Of a stretch of 64,000 nt of DNA, positions 39,528-48,413 are shown piece after piece. The stretch comes from Caldisericaceae bacterium (GTDB taxonomy: Bacteria > Caldisericota > Caldisericia > Caldisericales > Caldisericaceae), in assembly GCA_049967855.1 (NCBI GenBank), contig JBMFRX010000001.1:64001-128000 (forward strand), in the 5' to 3' direction. Position 1 is the first letter of the stretch. Every line of letters begins with the position of its first letter. The position numbers were made by a program, and so were the translations under genes. Below the pieces are notes generated by a model. That model saw nothing but the letters and a program-made list of their open reading frames with translations, was not told the origin of the DNA and searched no databases.

Positions 39528-40943
39528 ATGAAACTATTTACTTATTCGCCTGGAGGAATATACCCAGACGAAGAAAAACTTACAAGGGAGAAAGCATTTG
39601 AACGTCTTCGTTCCCCATCTGTTGTCGTAATTCCTCTTTCGCAACACACGGGTGCCCCAAATACGCCGCTTGTAAAAGTCGGAGACCATGTTTTAGTTGG
39701 TACTTTAATTGGGAGCTCGAGTCAGTTTGTTTCAGCTCCAGTGCACTCATCTGTATCTGGAGACGTTATAGCGATAGAAGAAAGAATTGTCCCTTCAGGT
39801 AACAAAGTTCAGAGTGTGGTCATAAAGAATGATTTTAAAGACGAATGGGTTGAGCTTAAGGCTGTAGGGAATTTAGATTCAGTATCTAAAGAAGAATTAA
39901 TCAAAGTAATTCGTGACTCTGGGATAGTTGGTCTGGGAGGAGCAGCATTTCCAACAGCAGTAAAACTTTCTCCTCCAATGGGAAAAGTAATAAATACTGT
40001 TATTGCAAATGGTGCAGAGTGCGAACTTTACTTAACGACGGACCACCGGGTGATGCTTGAATTCACTGACGATGTAATAAACGGTCTATTAATTGAAATG
40101 AAGGCAACGGGTGCAAAAGAGGGTATAATTGCAGTTGAGAACAATAAAATTGATGCAGCAAATGCACTTGAACAGAGAGTCAAAGATCGCAACATCACAA
40201 ACGTTGAAGTTGTCCTGGTGAAGACAAAGTATCCCCAAGGTGGAGAGAAGCAACTTGTAAAGGCAATTCTTGGCAAGGAAATTCCTTCTGGTGGTCTTCC
40301 TCTTGATGTTGGGGTTGTTGTTCAGAACGTGGGCACTCTGAAGGCAGTTGCAGATGCTGTGCTGTCTGGACGCCCTCTTATAGAAAGAGGAATAACTGTT
40401 TCTGGGACGGCTGTCCAAAAGCCTGGCAACTACATTGTTCGTATTGGCACTCAAGTAAAAGACATAATAGACGAGCTTGGCTTAAATAGAAAACTTCGTA
40501 AGCTGATTTTTGGTGGTCCTATGACAGGAGTCGCTCAGTCAACCGTAGATGCACCTGTTGTAAAAGGCACATCAGGCATTCTAATGTTTGGAGAAGAAGC
40601 ATTTGATATGTCTCCTGATGAGGAATCCCCTTGCATAAGATGTGCAAGCTGTGTTGATAATTGCCCTATGGGGCTTTTGCCTACTTTGATTGATTATGCC
40701 TCGAGGCGTCAGGACCTGAAACTTGCAGAGGAATTGCATGCGCTTGATTGTATTGAATGTGGTGTTTGCTCTTATGTGTGTCCAGCGAATCGTCACCTTA
40801 CTGAAAATATCAAAAAAGCTAAGCAAGGTATTATAAAGCAGAAAAAAATCGAGGCTGCCAAGCAGGCTGCTTTTGAAAAATTGAAGGCTTTGAAAGAAAA
40901 AGAGAGACTCGAGAAACAAGCTCGCGAGGAGGTCCAGAAATGA
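39528..40943 (+). CDS. rnfC: Rnf complex subunit C
   Basis: QHTGAP, GLGGAAFPT, KYPQGGEK, CIRCASCVDNCP, CIECGVCSYVCP. Confidence 0.95.
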   Translation: MKLFTYSPGGIYPDEEKLTREKAFERLRSPSVVVIPLSQHTGAPNTPLVKVGDHVLVGTLIGSSSQFVSAPVHSSVSGDVIAIEERIVPSGNKVQSVVIKNDFKDEWVELKAVGNLDSVSKEELIKVIRDSGIVGLGGAAFPTAVKLSPPMGKVINTVIANGAECELYLTTDHRVMLEFTDDVINGLLIEMKATGAKEGIIAVENNKIDAANALEQRVKDRNITNVEVVLVKTKYPQGGEKQLVKAILGKEIPSGGLPLDVGVVVQNVGTLKAVADAVLSGRPLIERGITVSGTAVQKPGNYIVRIGTQVKDIIDELGLNRKLRKLIFGGPMTGVAQSTVDAPVVKGTSGILMFGEEAFDMSPDEESPCIRCASCVDNCPMGLLPTLIDYASRRQDLKLAEELHALDCIECGVCSYVCPANRHLTENIKKAKQGIIKQKKIEAAKQAAFEKLKALKEKERLEKQAREEVQK

Positions 40944-41944
40944 ATCCCGATATGATTGACCTTTCAATATCAAGTGCTCCTTTTATCCGTGATAAGAGAA
41001 AAACCTTTCACATAATGCTTGATGTGCTGATAGCCCTTACGCCTGTAACAATTGGAAGTTTTGTGATTTTTGGTTTTAGGCATCCTTTTGGCATTATTCT
41101 TACAGCTGTATTGTCAAGCATTATAGCCGAATATCTCGGAGATATTGTTTTCAAGAAGAAACCTTCTATCTTTGATTTGTCGTCAGGCGTAACAGGACTT
41201 TTGCTTGCCCTTGTAATGCCGCCATCATCTCCTTATTGGCTCGTTGCCGTTGGAGCTTTTGTTGGTATATGGCTTGGGAAAGTTATTTTTGGTGGAATTG
41301 GTTCCAATCCTTTCAACCCTGCTCTTGTGGGGAGAGCAGTTTTGATGGTTTCCTGGCCGACTTTTATGACCCAGTGGATAAAGCCTAAGTTTCTTATGAC
41401 TGTTGCAGGTGCGACGCCGATTGATTCTATAACCACTGCAACACCTCTCGGCGTTTACAAGCTGCAGGGTTATGCTAAATTAATTGCGGACTTCGGCACT
41501 AAGAGCAATCTTTATAAGGCACTTTTCCTTGGCAATGTTGGAGGTAGTCTCGGCGAGACTTCAGCACTTTTGATTCTAATCGGTGGAATTTATCTTCTGG
41601 TAAGAAAAGTAATTGATTGGAGGATTCCTACTTCGTACATAGTTACTGTTTTCGTTTTTTCATGGATCTTTGGAAGAGATCCACTGTTCTCAATTCTTGC
41701 TGGAGGACTGTTCCTTGGAGCTTTCTTTATGGCTACAGATTACAGTTCTTCACCTATAACCCCAAAGGGCAAGATAGTGTACGGGGTTTTCATTGGTCTT
41801 ATGACAGTTATCATCAGGCAGTACAGTGCTTATCCTGAGGGAGTAATGTTCTCTATACTTCTTGGAAATGCATTTGTGCCCTTCTTTGATAAGATAGTAC
41901 CTCATGTGTACGGAGTTTTTAACAAGAAAGAGGTGAAACAATGA
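40940..41944 (+). CDS. rnfD: Rnf complex subunit D
   Basis: FGGIGSNPFNPA, TTATPL (FMN Thr), GETSA, FMATD. Confidence 0.95.
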   Translation: MNPDMIDLSISSAPFIRDKRKTFHIMLDVLIALTPVTIGSFVIFGFRHPFGIILTAVLSSIIAEYLGDIVFKKKPSIFDLSSGVTGLLLALVMPPSSPYWLVAVGAFVGIWLGKVIFGGIGSNPFNPALVGRAVLMVSWPTFMTQWIKPKFLMTVAGATPIDSITTATPLGVYKLQGYAKLIADFGTKSNLYKALFLGNVGGSLGETSALLILIGGIYLLVRKVIDWRIPTSYIVTVFVFSWIFGRDPLFSILAGGLFLGAFFMATDYSSSPITPKGKIVYGVFIGLMTVIIRQYSAYPEGVMFSILLGNAFVPFFDKIVPHVYGVFNKKEVKQ

Positions 41945-42531
41945 AAACAACCGTCAAATTTGTAGTTACTCTTGGTTTGATATGCGCCATAACTGGCGGC
42001 GCACTTGCGGTAGTTTACAGTATCACGAAGCCGATTATCGCTGTCCAGATGCAAAAGATTGTTCAAGAGGGCCTTACAAATGTTTTTCCAGGCAATTTCA
42101 CCTTCGAGAAGCTTGAGCAACCTTTAAAGTCCAAAGACCCATCTCTTACGATAGGAGATTGCTATACTGTGAAAAGTAGCGGGTCTACTGAGGGAGTTGT
42201 TGTTACTATAAGTAGCCCTGGAAGTCAGGGGCTTGTAACGATGCTTGTCGGTGTAAAGAAAGATGGCACAGTTAGTGGGGTTAGCATAACGGCAACTTCA
42301 GAGACGCCAGGACTTGGCGCAAATGCAGGTAACCCTAATTACTATGTTAACAAGCAAACAAAAACAACATTCCTCGGTCAATTTATAGGAAAAAGCGTAA
42401 ACGATCCTCTGGTGGTAAAGCAGGACATAGTAGCCATCACAGCAGCAACGATAACCTCAAAAGCAGTAACCGCTGGGATTAAAGAGGCACTTGATGTTGG
42501 CTATACTTATCTTAAGGAGGCGGGGAAATGA
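41941..42531 (+). CDS. rnfG: Rnf complex subunit G
   Basis: ETPGLG, ITAATITS FMN motif. Confidence 0.92.
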   Translation: MKTTVKFVVTLGLICAITGGALAVVYSITKPIIAVQMQKIVQEGLTNVFPGNFTFEKLEQPLKSKDPSLTIGDCYTVKSSGSTEGVVVTISSPGSQGLVTMLVGVKKDGTVSGVSITATSETPGLGANAGNPNYYVNKQTKTTFLGQFIGKSVNDPLVVKQDIVAITAATITSKAVTAGIKEALDVGYTYLKEAGK

Positions 42532-43136
42532 AAAAGAAAGCAAGTATTTTCTGGCAAGCCCTTATACCCAATAACCCTGTCTTGATAATCTCTATCGGAC
42601 TCTGTTCGGTTGTCGCAGTTTCTAATTCTGTGCAAAGCGCTCTACTTATGATTTTCGCCTTCGGCTTAGTCCAGATACCTTCAAACGTTATAGTTTCTGC
42701 TATGAGGAAAATTATTCCAAATGAAATCCGTGTACCTATCTTCGTAACAGTTATTGCTGCGTTTACTACAATCGCATCGCTTCTTTTGCAGGCATATTTC
42801 AGCGTTGTCTATGAAGCAATCAAACTGTACATTGCACTTGTTGTTGTTAATTGCATCATTATAGGAAGAGCCGAAGCTTTTGCTTATAAAAATGGCGTAC
42901 TTGATTCTTTTATTGATGGTGTAGGCAACACTATCGGTTACGGGCTTGTGCTTGTCTCGATTGCTATTGTAAGAGAGCTTCTTGGAAAAGGGACTCTTGC
43001 TGGCATTCAGATACTACCTGAAAGTTTTCAGCCTGCACTTATTATGGTTCTTCCGCCAGGAGGTTTCCTTATGATCGGTATTCTGATAGGAGCTCTTGAA
43101 ACCTACCTCAGAAATAAAAAGGAGGCAAAGAAATGA
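42528..43136 (+). CDS. rnfE: Rnf complex subunit E
   Basis: NNPV..GLC, VVNCIIIGRAE, LPPGGF. Confidence 0.94.
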   Translation: MKKKASIFWQALIPNNPVLIISIGLCSVVAVSNSVQSALLMIFAFGLVQIPSNVIVSAMRKIIPNEIRVPIFVTVIAAFTTIASLLLQAYFSVVYEAIKLYIALVVVNCIIIGRAEAFAYKNGVLDSFIDGVGNTIGYGLVLVSIAIVRELLGKGTLAGIQILPESFQPALIMVLPPGGFLMIGILIGALETYLRNKKEAKK

Positions 43137-43723
43137 CATACCTTGCGAACCTTGGGAAAATTTTCATAGCATCCACAGTAGTTAACAATATTGTTTTGAT
43201 TCAATTCCTTGCGCTTTGTTCCTATATTGGTCTTACCGATAATCTCAGCTCTGCAGTAGGAATGAGCTATGCAGTCATCTTTGTAACAGTCAGCTCAGGT
43301 ATTCTTACCTGGATTATTGACCACTGGATACTTATTCCGACAGGATTGCAGCCTGCCCTTCAGATCACAGCTTTTATTCTCGTGATAGGCTCATTTGTAG
43401 GGCTCGTTGAAATGTACCTTAAAAAGGCGTCTCCTAACCTTTACAAGGCAATGGGAATATACTTACCTTTGATTGCTACAAACTGTCTTATACTTGGAGT
43501 TACATTCATTAATTCAATGCATAATTACGACTTCATAGAGTCTGTTGTCTCTTCTTTTGGCGTACCCCTTGGATATATGCTTGCTATGATAATGCTTGCT
43601 GGAATCAGAGAGAGATTACGCAATTCAGACGTACCCCAGTTCTTTAAGGGTAAGGCTATTGCATTTATGGTTACTGGGATACTTGCTTTAGCGTTCCTAG
43701 GTTTTTCAGGAACGGTGAAGTAG
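43133..43723 (+). CDS. rnfA: Rnf complex subunit A
   Basis: NNIVLIQFLALC, GIYLPLIATNC, GIRERL. Confidence 0.94.
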   Translation: MTYLANLGKIFIASTVVNNIVLIQFLALCSYIGLTDNLSSAVGMSYAVIFVTVSSGILTWIIDHWILIPTGLQPALQITAFILVIGSFVGLVEMYLKKASPNLYKAMGIYLPLIATNCLILGVTFINSMHNYDFIESVVSSFGVPLGYMLAMIMLAGIRERLRNSDVPQFFKGKAIAFMVTGILALAFLGFSGTVK

Positions 43724-43735
43724 AAGAGGTATGAT

Positions 43736-44029
43736 ATGAAAGATATAATAATTTCGGTTTTAACTATTGGTGGTTTTGGAGCTCTTTTTGGCTTGCTCCT
43801 TGGGATATTCAATGAGAAATTTAAGGTAGAGGAAGATCCTCTCGCTGTAGCGATTTACGAAGTCCTTCCACATGGAGAATGTGGTGCCTGTGGCTTTCCA
43901 GGTTGCTATCCGTGTGCCCAGGCGATTGCCGAAGGTAAGGCTCCTGTTACAGCATGTGTCGTAGGTGGAGATGAGACTGCTCAGAAAATCAAAAGTGTTC
44001 TGGATGAGTTTAAGGCAAAGGAAAGTTAA
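43736..44029 (+). CDS. rnfB: Short Rnf complex subunit B (single FeS domain)
   Basis: N-terminal TM, LPHGECGACGFPGC..C...CVVGG, then stop at 97 aa. Confidence 0.88.
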   Translation: MKDIIISVLTIGGFGALFGLLLGIFNEKFKVEEDPLAVAIYEVLPHGECGACGFPGCYPCAQAIAEGKAPVTACVVGGDETAQKIKSVLDEFKAKES

Positions 44030-44069
44030 TTTGAAATTTTATTAGTTGGTGGTATTATAAAAGTGGGGT

Positions 44070-47000
44070 ATGCTTAAAACAGAAATGGCTAAGAGAATAA
44101 AACTGGTTGTGTTTTTGATTGTTTTAGCAATTTTAATGAGCTTAAATGGAGTTGCTTACGGCAAGGCTTCTTTCAATGTAAGTGCCTCAAATAATCTTTC
44201 AGTTCCGTTTTATGGACCAGTCGATTTTAGCGTAAGCATCGAAAATGTCCCCGCTTCAACTCAGTTTGCTTTATTTGAGGGCAATTTGCAATTACCTCTT
44301 GAGTTTTTGTCACGCGACGGAAACACATTTAGATTCCGCACAATAGCAAGCTTTGCTGCTTCTGAAAAGAAAAGTCTTACTTTGGATTACGGGGATGATG
44401 TTTCAGCGAGTAGCGTAAGCCAATTACTCTGCCCCAGTTTCTTAGGCAATGTCTTTGTAGGAATTGGGAGCGGAAAGCTATACATTGTCCCTACGGAAGA
44501 TAACTCGGAGATAAAAGTTACAGACTCATCTGCAAGTGTAATTTACTCTGGAACTTTGAATGCTGGCGAGGAGAAGACTGTTTCTCTAAAAGACAACACA
44601 GTTTTTAAAATTGAAAGCAGCAAACCTGTTTTCGCTGAGGTCAGTTCTCTTCAGCCAAACTACGTAAGCAACAGCTCTGATGATGTTTCATCAGTTTATG
44701 GTGCTTATTTTAGACTATTTATTCCGAAGGAGATTTTTGTTTCTTCTGTGGAAGCGACTTCTCTTAAGATTGTTAATGACGAAGGTAAATCTATATATGA
44801 TGGTAAACTTTCTGAAAGAGGCGTATATGTCAATTTAAACCTTAATAGTGGCATTTATACAATTTCATCTGAAAAACCTGTGCTTGTACAATTTGGCTAC
44901 TCCGACGACAACATATACACCCTCAGCTACGGAGCTACTTCTTCTTTAAAGCTTTTCTCTTTTGGAGATATTGTTGTTTCTTCTCTGTATCCTGATACAT
45001 TGGTTACCGTAAAAACTGTTTCAGGCTCAAAGTCGCTCACTCTCAAAACCCCAGGCGATTTTTATCAATCGAATATAATCAGTAGTTTTGCTTCATCCAA
45101 AACTGAATATGCGCCCGTATATTTGACATATTCTAAACCGGTTATAATTTACACTGATGCCGACTTTGGCAATATTGGAGGGGAGCAGATTCCTTCATTA
45201 GAAGGAGATAACAAGAATTTTATTTTTAGAACTGGCAAAGTCTACAATTTTGAAAACGTCAAAAGATATAGACAGGTGGCAGTCATTGCAAAAGACGATG
45301 GAACAGAAGTCGAATTCAACGGCACTAAGTTTCAACTTAACGCTTTGGGCCTTAAAACATTTTCTTTCTATGATAGTTATTCGTTAGTGGAGATTAAGTC
45401 TAATAAAGCTATTTCCGTCTTTGAAACTGGATTAGGAACTGACAAAGAATTCCTGTCAATGCTTGTTCCGTTGCAGAGCAACAATGTGATATCAGCAGTT
45501 GTAACTGCAGGCAACAGCAACCAGAACTCTCAAGGGAATTCAACTTCAAATCCCACAAATCCTTCGAGCACTCCGAAGAGTAACTTCTTCAATGACGTAA
45601 TCAACAAAGTTGGGTCGTTTTTTGCCGGGTTATGGGGAACGGTCACGAAGGGAAACTGGATAAACGATATAAAGATTGCGGTAACTAATTCCTGGAATTC
45701 CGCTAAGCCATTATTCAATAATCTTTCTGTAAGAATAATAGTATTTTTCCTTCCATTGTCTAATCTACTGCTCCCTTATTTGCAGAAGGTTTTACCTTCG
45801 GTTACAGCTGAGCAACTTTCTGCATACATCTTTTTTGCAATCCTGTTGATTCTGATTTTATTGGTTATTCCGAAAGGAAGAAAGAAAAGAAAACCCATCC
45901 CCACTGTCTCTATAGGCGAAGTGAAAAAAAAGAGTCTTGATTTTAACGTAAAGACTCTTGAGGAAAAACAACTGTCTGGCAGTGAGACAACTTTTGAAGA
46001 GCAACCAATTACAATATCGAGAAAAGCTCAGAAAGAAGAACCTTCAACGATAGAAGCAAAAAAGGAAGAAGCTGGCAATTTGGCACCTTCAGTAATAGAG
46101 GCTCCTCACAAGCTTGAATTACCCAAGAAAGAGGAAGCAGAGCTCAAACTGCCTACTCTGAAAAAAGCGCAGAAAAAGCCTCTTTTTGGAAGAAAAACCG
46201 AAGAACCTTCTAAGGAAGCGATTGAGATTCCACCTGCCGAGGTTAACATAGTTAAAGAACCTGAGGCAAAAGAAACGCGAGGAGAAGTATTAGAGCAGAA
46301 AGAATCAATTCAAGCTGTTGAAGAGAAGAATGCTCCAGAAACTGAAGTTTCAGAGACCACTGCCAGTTTTGCTGACTTTGGGCAACCTCCAGAAGAAGCT
46401 TTAATAAAGGCAAAAGAAGAGGGCATTTTAGCTCCTGAAGAAGGCGGGAAAGTAAATATAGTGAAAACAGAGCCTGCTGTTGAAACACCTGCTGAAACTA
46501 AGGAAGAATCATCTTTCTTGAACAAGCTCAAGGAAACGATTGCTAAGGAGGAGTTAGGCGCCAACGCAAAACCAGAACAGCTTGAGGAACAAGTACCAGT
46601 AAAGCCGGAAGAGAAATTGCAGGAAGAGACTGTTGGTGGAGAAGTACGTGAAGAGAGCGAGCAGCCTGCTCCAGCTCCGCAAGCACCTGAAGAACCGTCC
46701 ACTATGGACGTACTGTTAAAGAAGATACAAAGCCAAACTGGCAAGACACCTCCTTCAGACCTCATTACAGTAAGAGAAGAGCGCACTGAGAAGGCTCCTG
46801 AAACTCCTAAGCAGGAGAGAGTAGTCACTCAATCAAATAAGAGGGTAGTTGATAGAAATTTCGTTGCGGATACTGAATCAGTTTTGAGTATTCTGAATTC
46901 AACGCTTTACGATGAAGACGAGAAGAAATCAATTGTGAGAAGAATTTATGTTTCTGCTCAGTCAAAAATCACCTTATCTGAAAAGCTTCCTCCTAATTTC

Positions 47001-47204
47001 ACTATTGGAGTAATTGCTCTTACGCCAATAGAACAGAGAATAGCTGAGGATATAGGAAAAAGGATAAGAGGAAAAACAACAACTGGAGAAGCCCTTCTTA
47101 TTGCTAAAAAGATTAGAATAAACGATGTTGTTGTAAGTGATAACCCGTCAATAACTACTTACCAGGGTATCATAATAAGTAGTATAGATCAGGTTCTCCA
47201 ATAG
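44070..47204 (+). CDS. Large membrane-anchored protein: extracellular beta-repeat domain, TM, E/P/K-rich linker, PIN-like C-terminus
   Basis: Signal peptide; repeated I-x-S-x-K-P-V motifs; TM YIFFAILLILILLVI then KGRKKRK; C-terminal FVADT...GEALLIAK...VVSDN. Confidence 0.75.
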   Translation: MLKTEMAKRIKLVVFLIVLAILMSLNGVAYGKASFNVSASNNLSVPFYGPVDFSVSIENVPASTQFALFEGNLQLPLEFLSRDGNTFRFRTIASFAASEKKSLTLDYGDDVSASSVSQLLCPSFLGNVFVGIGSGKLYIVPTEDNSEIKVTDSSASVIYSGTLNAGEEKTVSLKDNTVFKIESSKPVFAEVSSLQPNYVSNSSDDVSSVYGAYFRLFIPKEIFVSSVEATSLKIVNDEGKSIYDGKLSERGVYVNLNLNSGIYTISSEKPVLVQFGYSDDNIYTLSYGATSSLKLFSFGDIVVSSLYPDTLVTVKTVSGSKSLTLKTPGDFYQSNIISSFASSKTEYAPVYLTYSKPVIIYTDADFGNIGGEQIPSLEGDNKNFIFRTGKVYNFENVKRYRQVAVIAKDDGTEVEFNGTKFQLNALGLKTFSFYDSYSLVEIKSNKAISVFETGLGTDKEFLSMLVPLQSNNVISAVVTAGNSNQNSQGNSTSNPTNPSSTPKSNFFNDVINKVGSFFAGLWGTVTKGNWINDIKIAVTNSWNSAKPLFNNLSVRIIVFFLPLSNLLLPYLQKVLPSVTAEQLSAYIFFAILLILILLVIPKGRKKRKPIPTVSIGEVKKKSLDFNVKTLEEKQLSGSETTFEEQPITISRKAQKEEPSTIEAKKEEAGNLAPSVIEAPHKLELPKKEEAELKLPTLKKAQKKPLFGRKTEEPSKEAIEIPPAEVNIVKEPEAKETRGEVLEQKESIQAVEEKNAPETEVSETTASFADFGQPPEEALIKAKEEGILAPEEGGKVNIVKTEPAVETPAETKEESSFLNKLKETIAKEELGANAKPEQLEEQVPVKPEEKLQEETVGGEVREESEQPAPAPQAPEEPSTMDVLLKKIQSQTGKTPPSDLITVREERTEKAPETPKQERVVTQSNKRVVDRNFVADTESVLSILNSTLYDEDEKKSIVRRIYVSAQSKITLSEKLPPNFTIGVIALTPIEQRIAEDIGKRIRGKTTTGEALLIAKKIRINDVVVSDNPSITTYQGIIISSIDQVLQ

Positions 47205-47219
47205 GTTTACAAGTTTTAT

Positions 47220-48047
47220 TCACTTTGAATTCAAAAACTCGTACAACTTCCCAGAGGTTTCAAACGTATCTGAGCTTGCCCTGGCGATTATTATTGAGTT
47301 TTCTTGAGCTTTCTTGATAGTATCATAGGGAACATTATTGTCCTCGGTGACTATGATTATCGGTATTCGTTTTATCACCGCGACTCCTATTATGTTCAGG
47401 TTTGTTTGAACTGTGAGCCAGGCGCTTTCTTCTTTTCCTTTTGCAAGTACGTTGCTTAATAAATCCGATGCATAGGCAGATAGAACTTCTTGTTCAAGGT
47501 AAGCATCTGTATTTTCAGTAAGTACTTTAAGTTTCAATTTTTCAATAATCTCTTTCACTTTCATTTGTATCCTCCGTGGGTCTCTTACAACTTCCTTCCA
47601 TATCTCAAAAAAAACGTATGTTCCCTTCCCTTTAACCGATGAAATTAAGGAGAAGTCTGCAACTTTTTGAATATTCTTAAGTCCCATTCCTGCTCCAAAG
47701 CCTAGTTCGCGTGCCTGTTTTGAAGCAGTCGAATAGCCTGGTGTAAGCGCTAATAGCAGTGATTCAATACCTGGCCCAATGTCAATTGCAACTGTTTTCA
47801 GTTTTTCGCACAGCACCGTCGTCTTTAGAATCCCGAAGTGTGAATGGATAATTATGTTTGACTCCGCTTCATATGCGCATATTCCGAAACAACGTAAGTA
47901 GTCTTTCTTTTCTTTAAAGTCTCTATAGCATTCGTATGTCCTTATTATCTCCTCTATACTCTTTCTTGAGGCGAGTGTTGCATCACCCAGGTGGTCATAA
48001 TCAGAAGCCTTTACTGTGTATTCAATAAATGCTAGTTTGTTTTCCAA
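47220..48047 (-). CDS. Anti-sigma-type HATPase kinase fused in frame to a DRTGG-family domain
   Basis: YEAESNIIIH, DIGPGI, GFGAGMGL; then AYASDLLS, WLTVQTN; internal GGAGG + ATG at 47564. Confidence 0.82.
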   Translation of the reverse strand: MENKLAFIEYTVKASDYDHLGDATLASRKSIEEIIRTYECYRDFKEKKDYLRCFGICAYEAESNIIIHSHFGILKTTVLCEKLKTVAIDIGPGIESLLLALTPGYSTASKQARELGFGAGMGLKNIQKVADFSLISSVKGKGTYVFFEIWKEVVRDPRRIQMKVKEIIEKLKLKVLTENTDAYLEQEVLSAYASDLLSNVLAKGKEESAWLTVQTNLNIIGVAVIKRIPIIIVTEDNNVPYDTIKKAQENSIIIARASSDTFETSGKLYEFLNSK

Positions 48048-48397
48048 GGTGCCCCCTGGAGCCCTGCTTTGTAAAGCAAACCGCAGGTAACAAAGACTAT
48101 ATATTCTGTCCTTAGAATGATTATTCTTTCGCTTCTTGCAAAATCTATTGTTTCCTGTGGGATGAATTTTCCTCTCGCAATAAGAATCGCAGGGATGTCA
48201 AGTATCTTTGCAGTTTTTATTACAGAAGTATTGGTTACGCCTGTTATGAGAAGTACTGGCTCATCTTCTCTGCTGATTATAAAAAGGGTATCGCTTAACA
48301 GATCTGCAGCAAATGCATATTTTATATCGCAATCTATGTCTCCCTGGTCCTGCACAATGCTACCGTTTACAATACTTACTATTTCCTCTATTTTCAT
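48032..48397 (-). CDS. DRTGG-family protein
   Basis: AFAADLLSD, LITG, RGK, TCGLLY. Confidence 0.82.
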   Translation of the reverse strand: MKIEEIVSIVNGSIVQDQGDIDCDIKYAFAADLLSDTLFIISREDEPVLLITGVTNTSVIKTAKILDIPAILIARGKFIPQETIDFARSERIIILRTEYIVFVTCGLLYKAGLQGAPWKTN

Positions 48398-48413
48398 ACT
48401 TGATCTCCTTAAC

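Noticed and set aside
45950..46830. Tandem repeat in the large membrane protein
   Set aside because: Low-complexity E/P/K composition with no exact nucleotide periodicity; the antisense ORFs here are artefacts.
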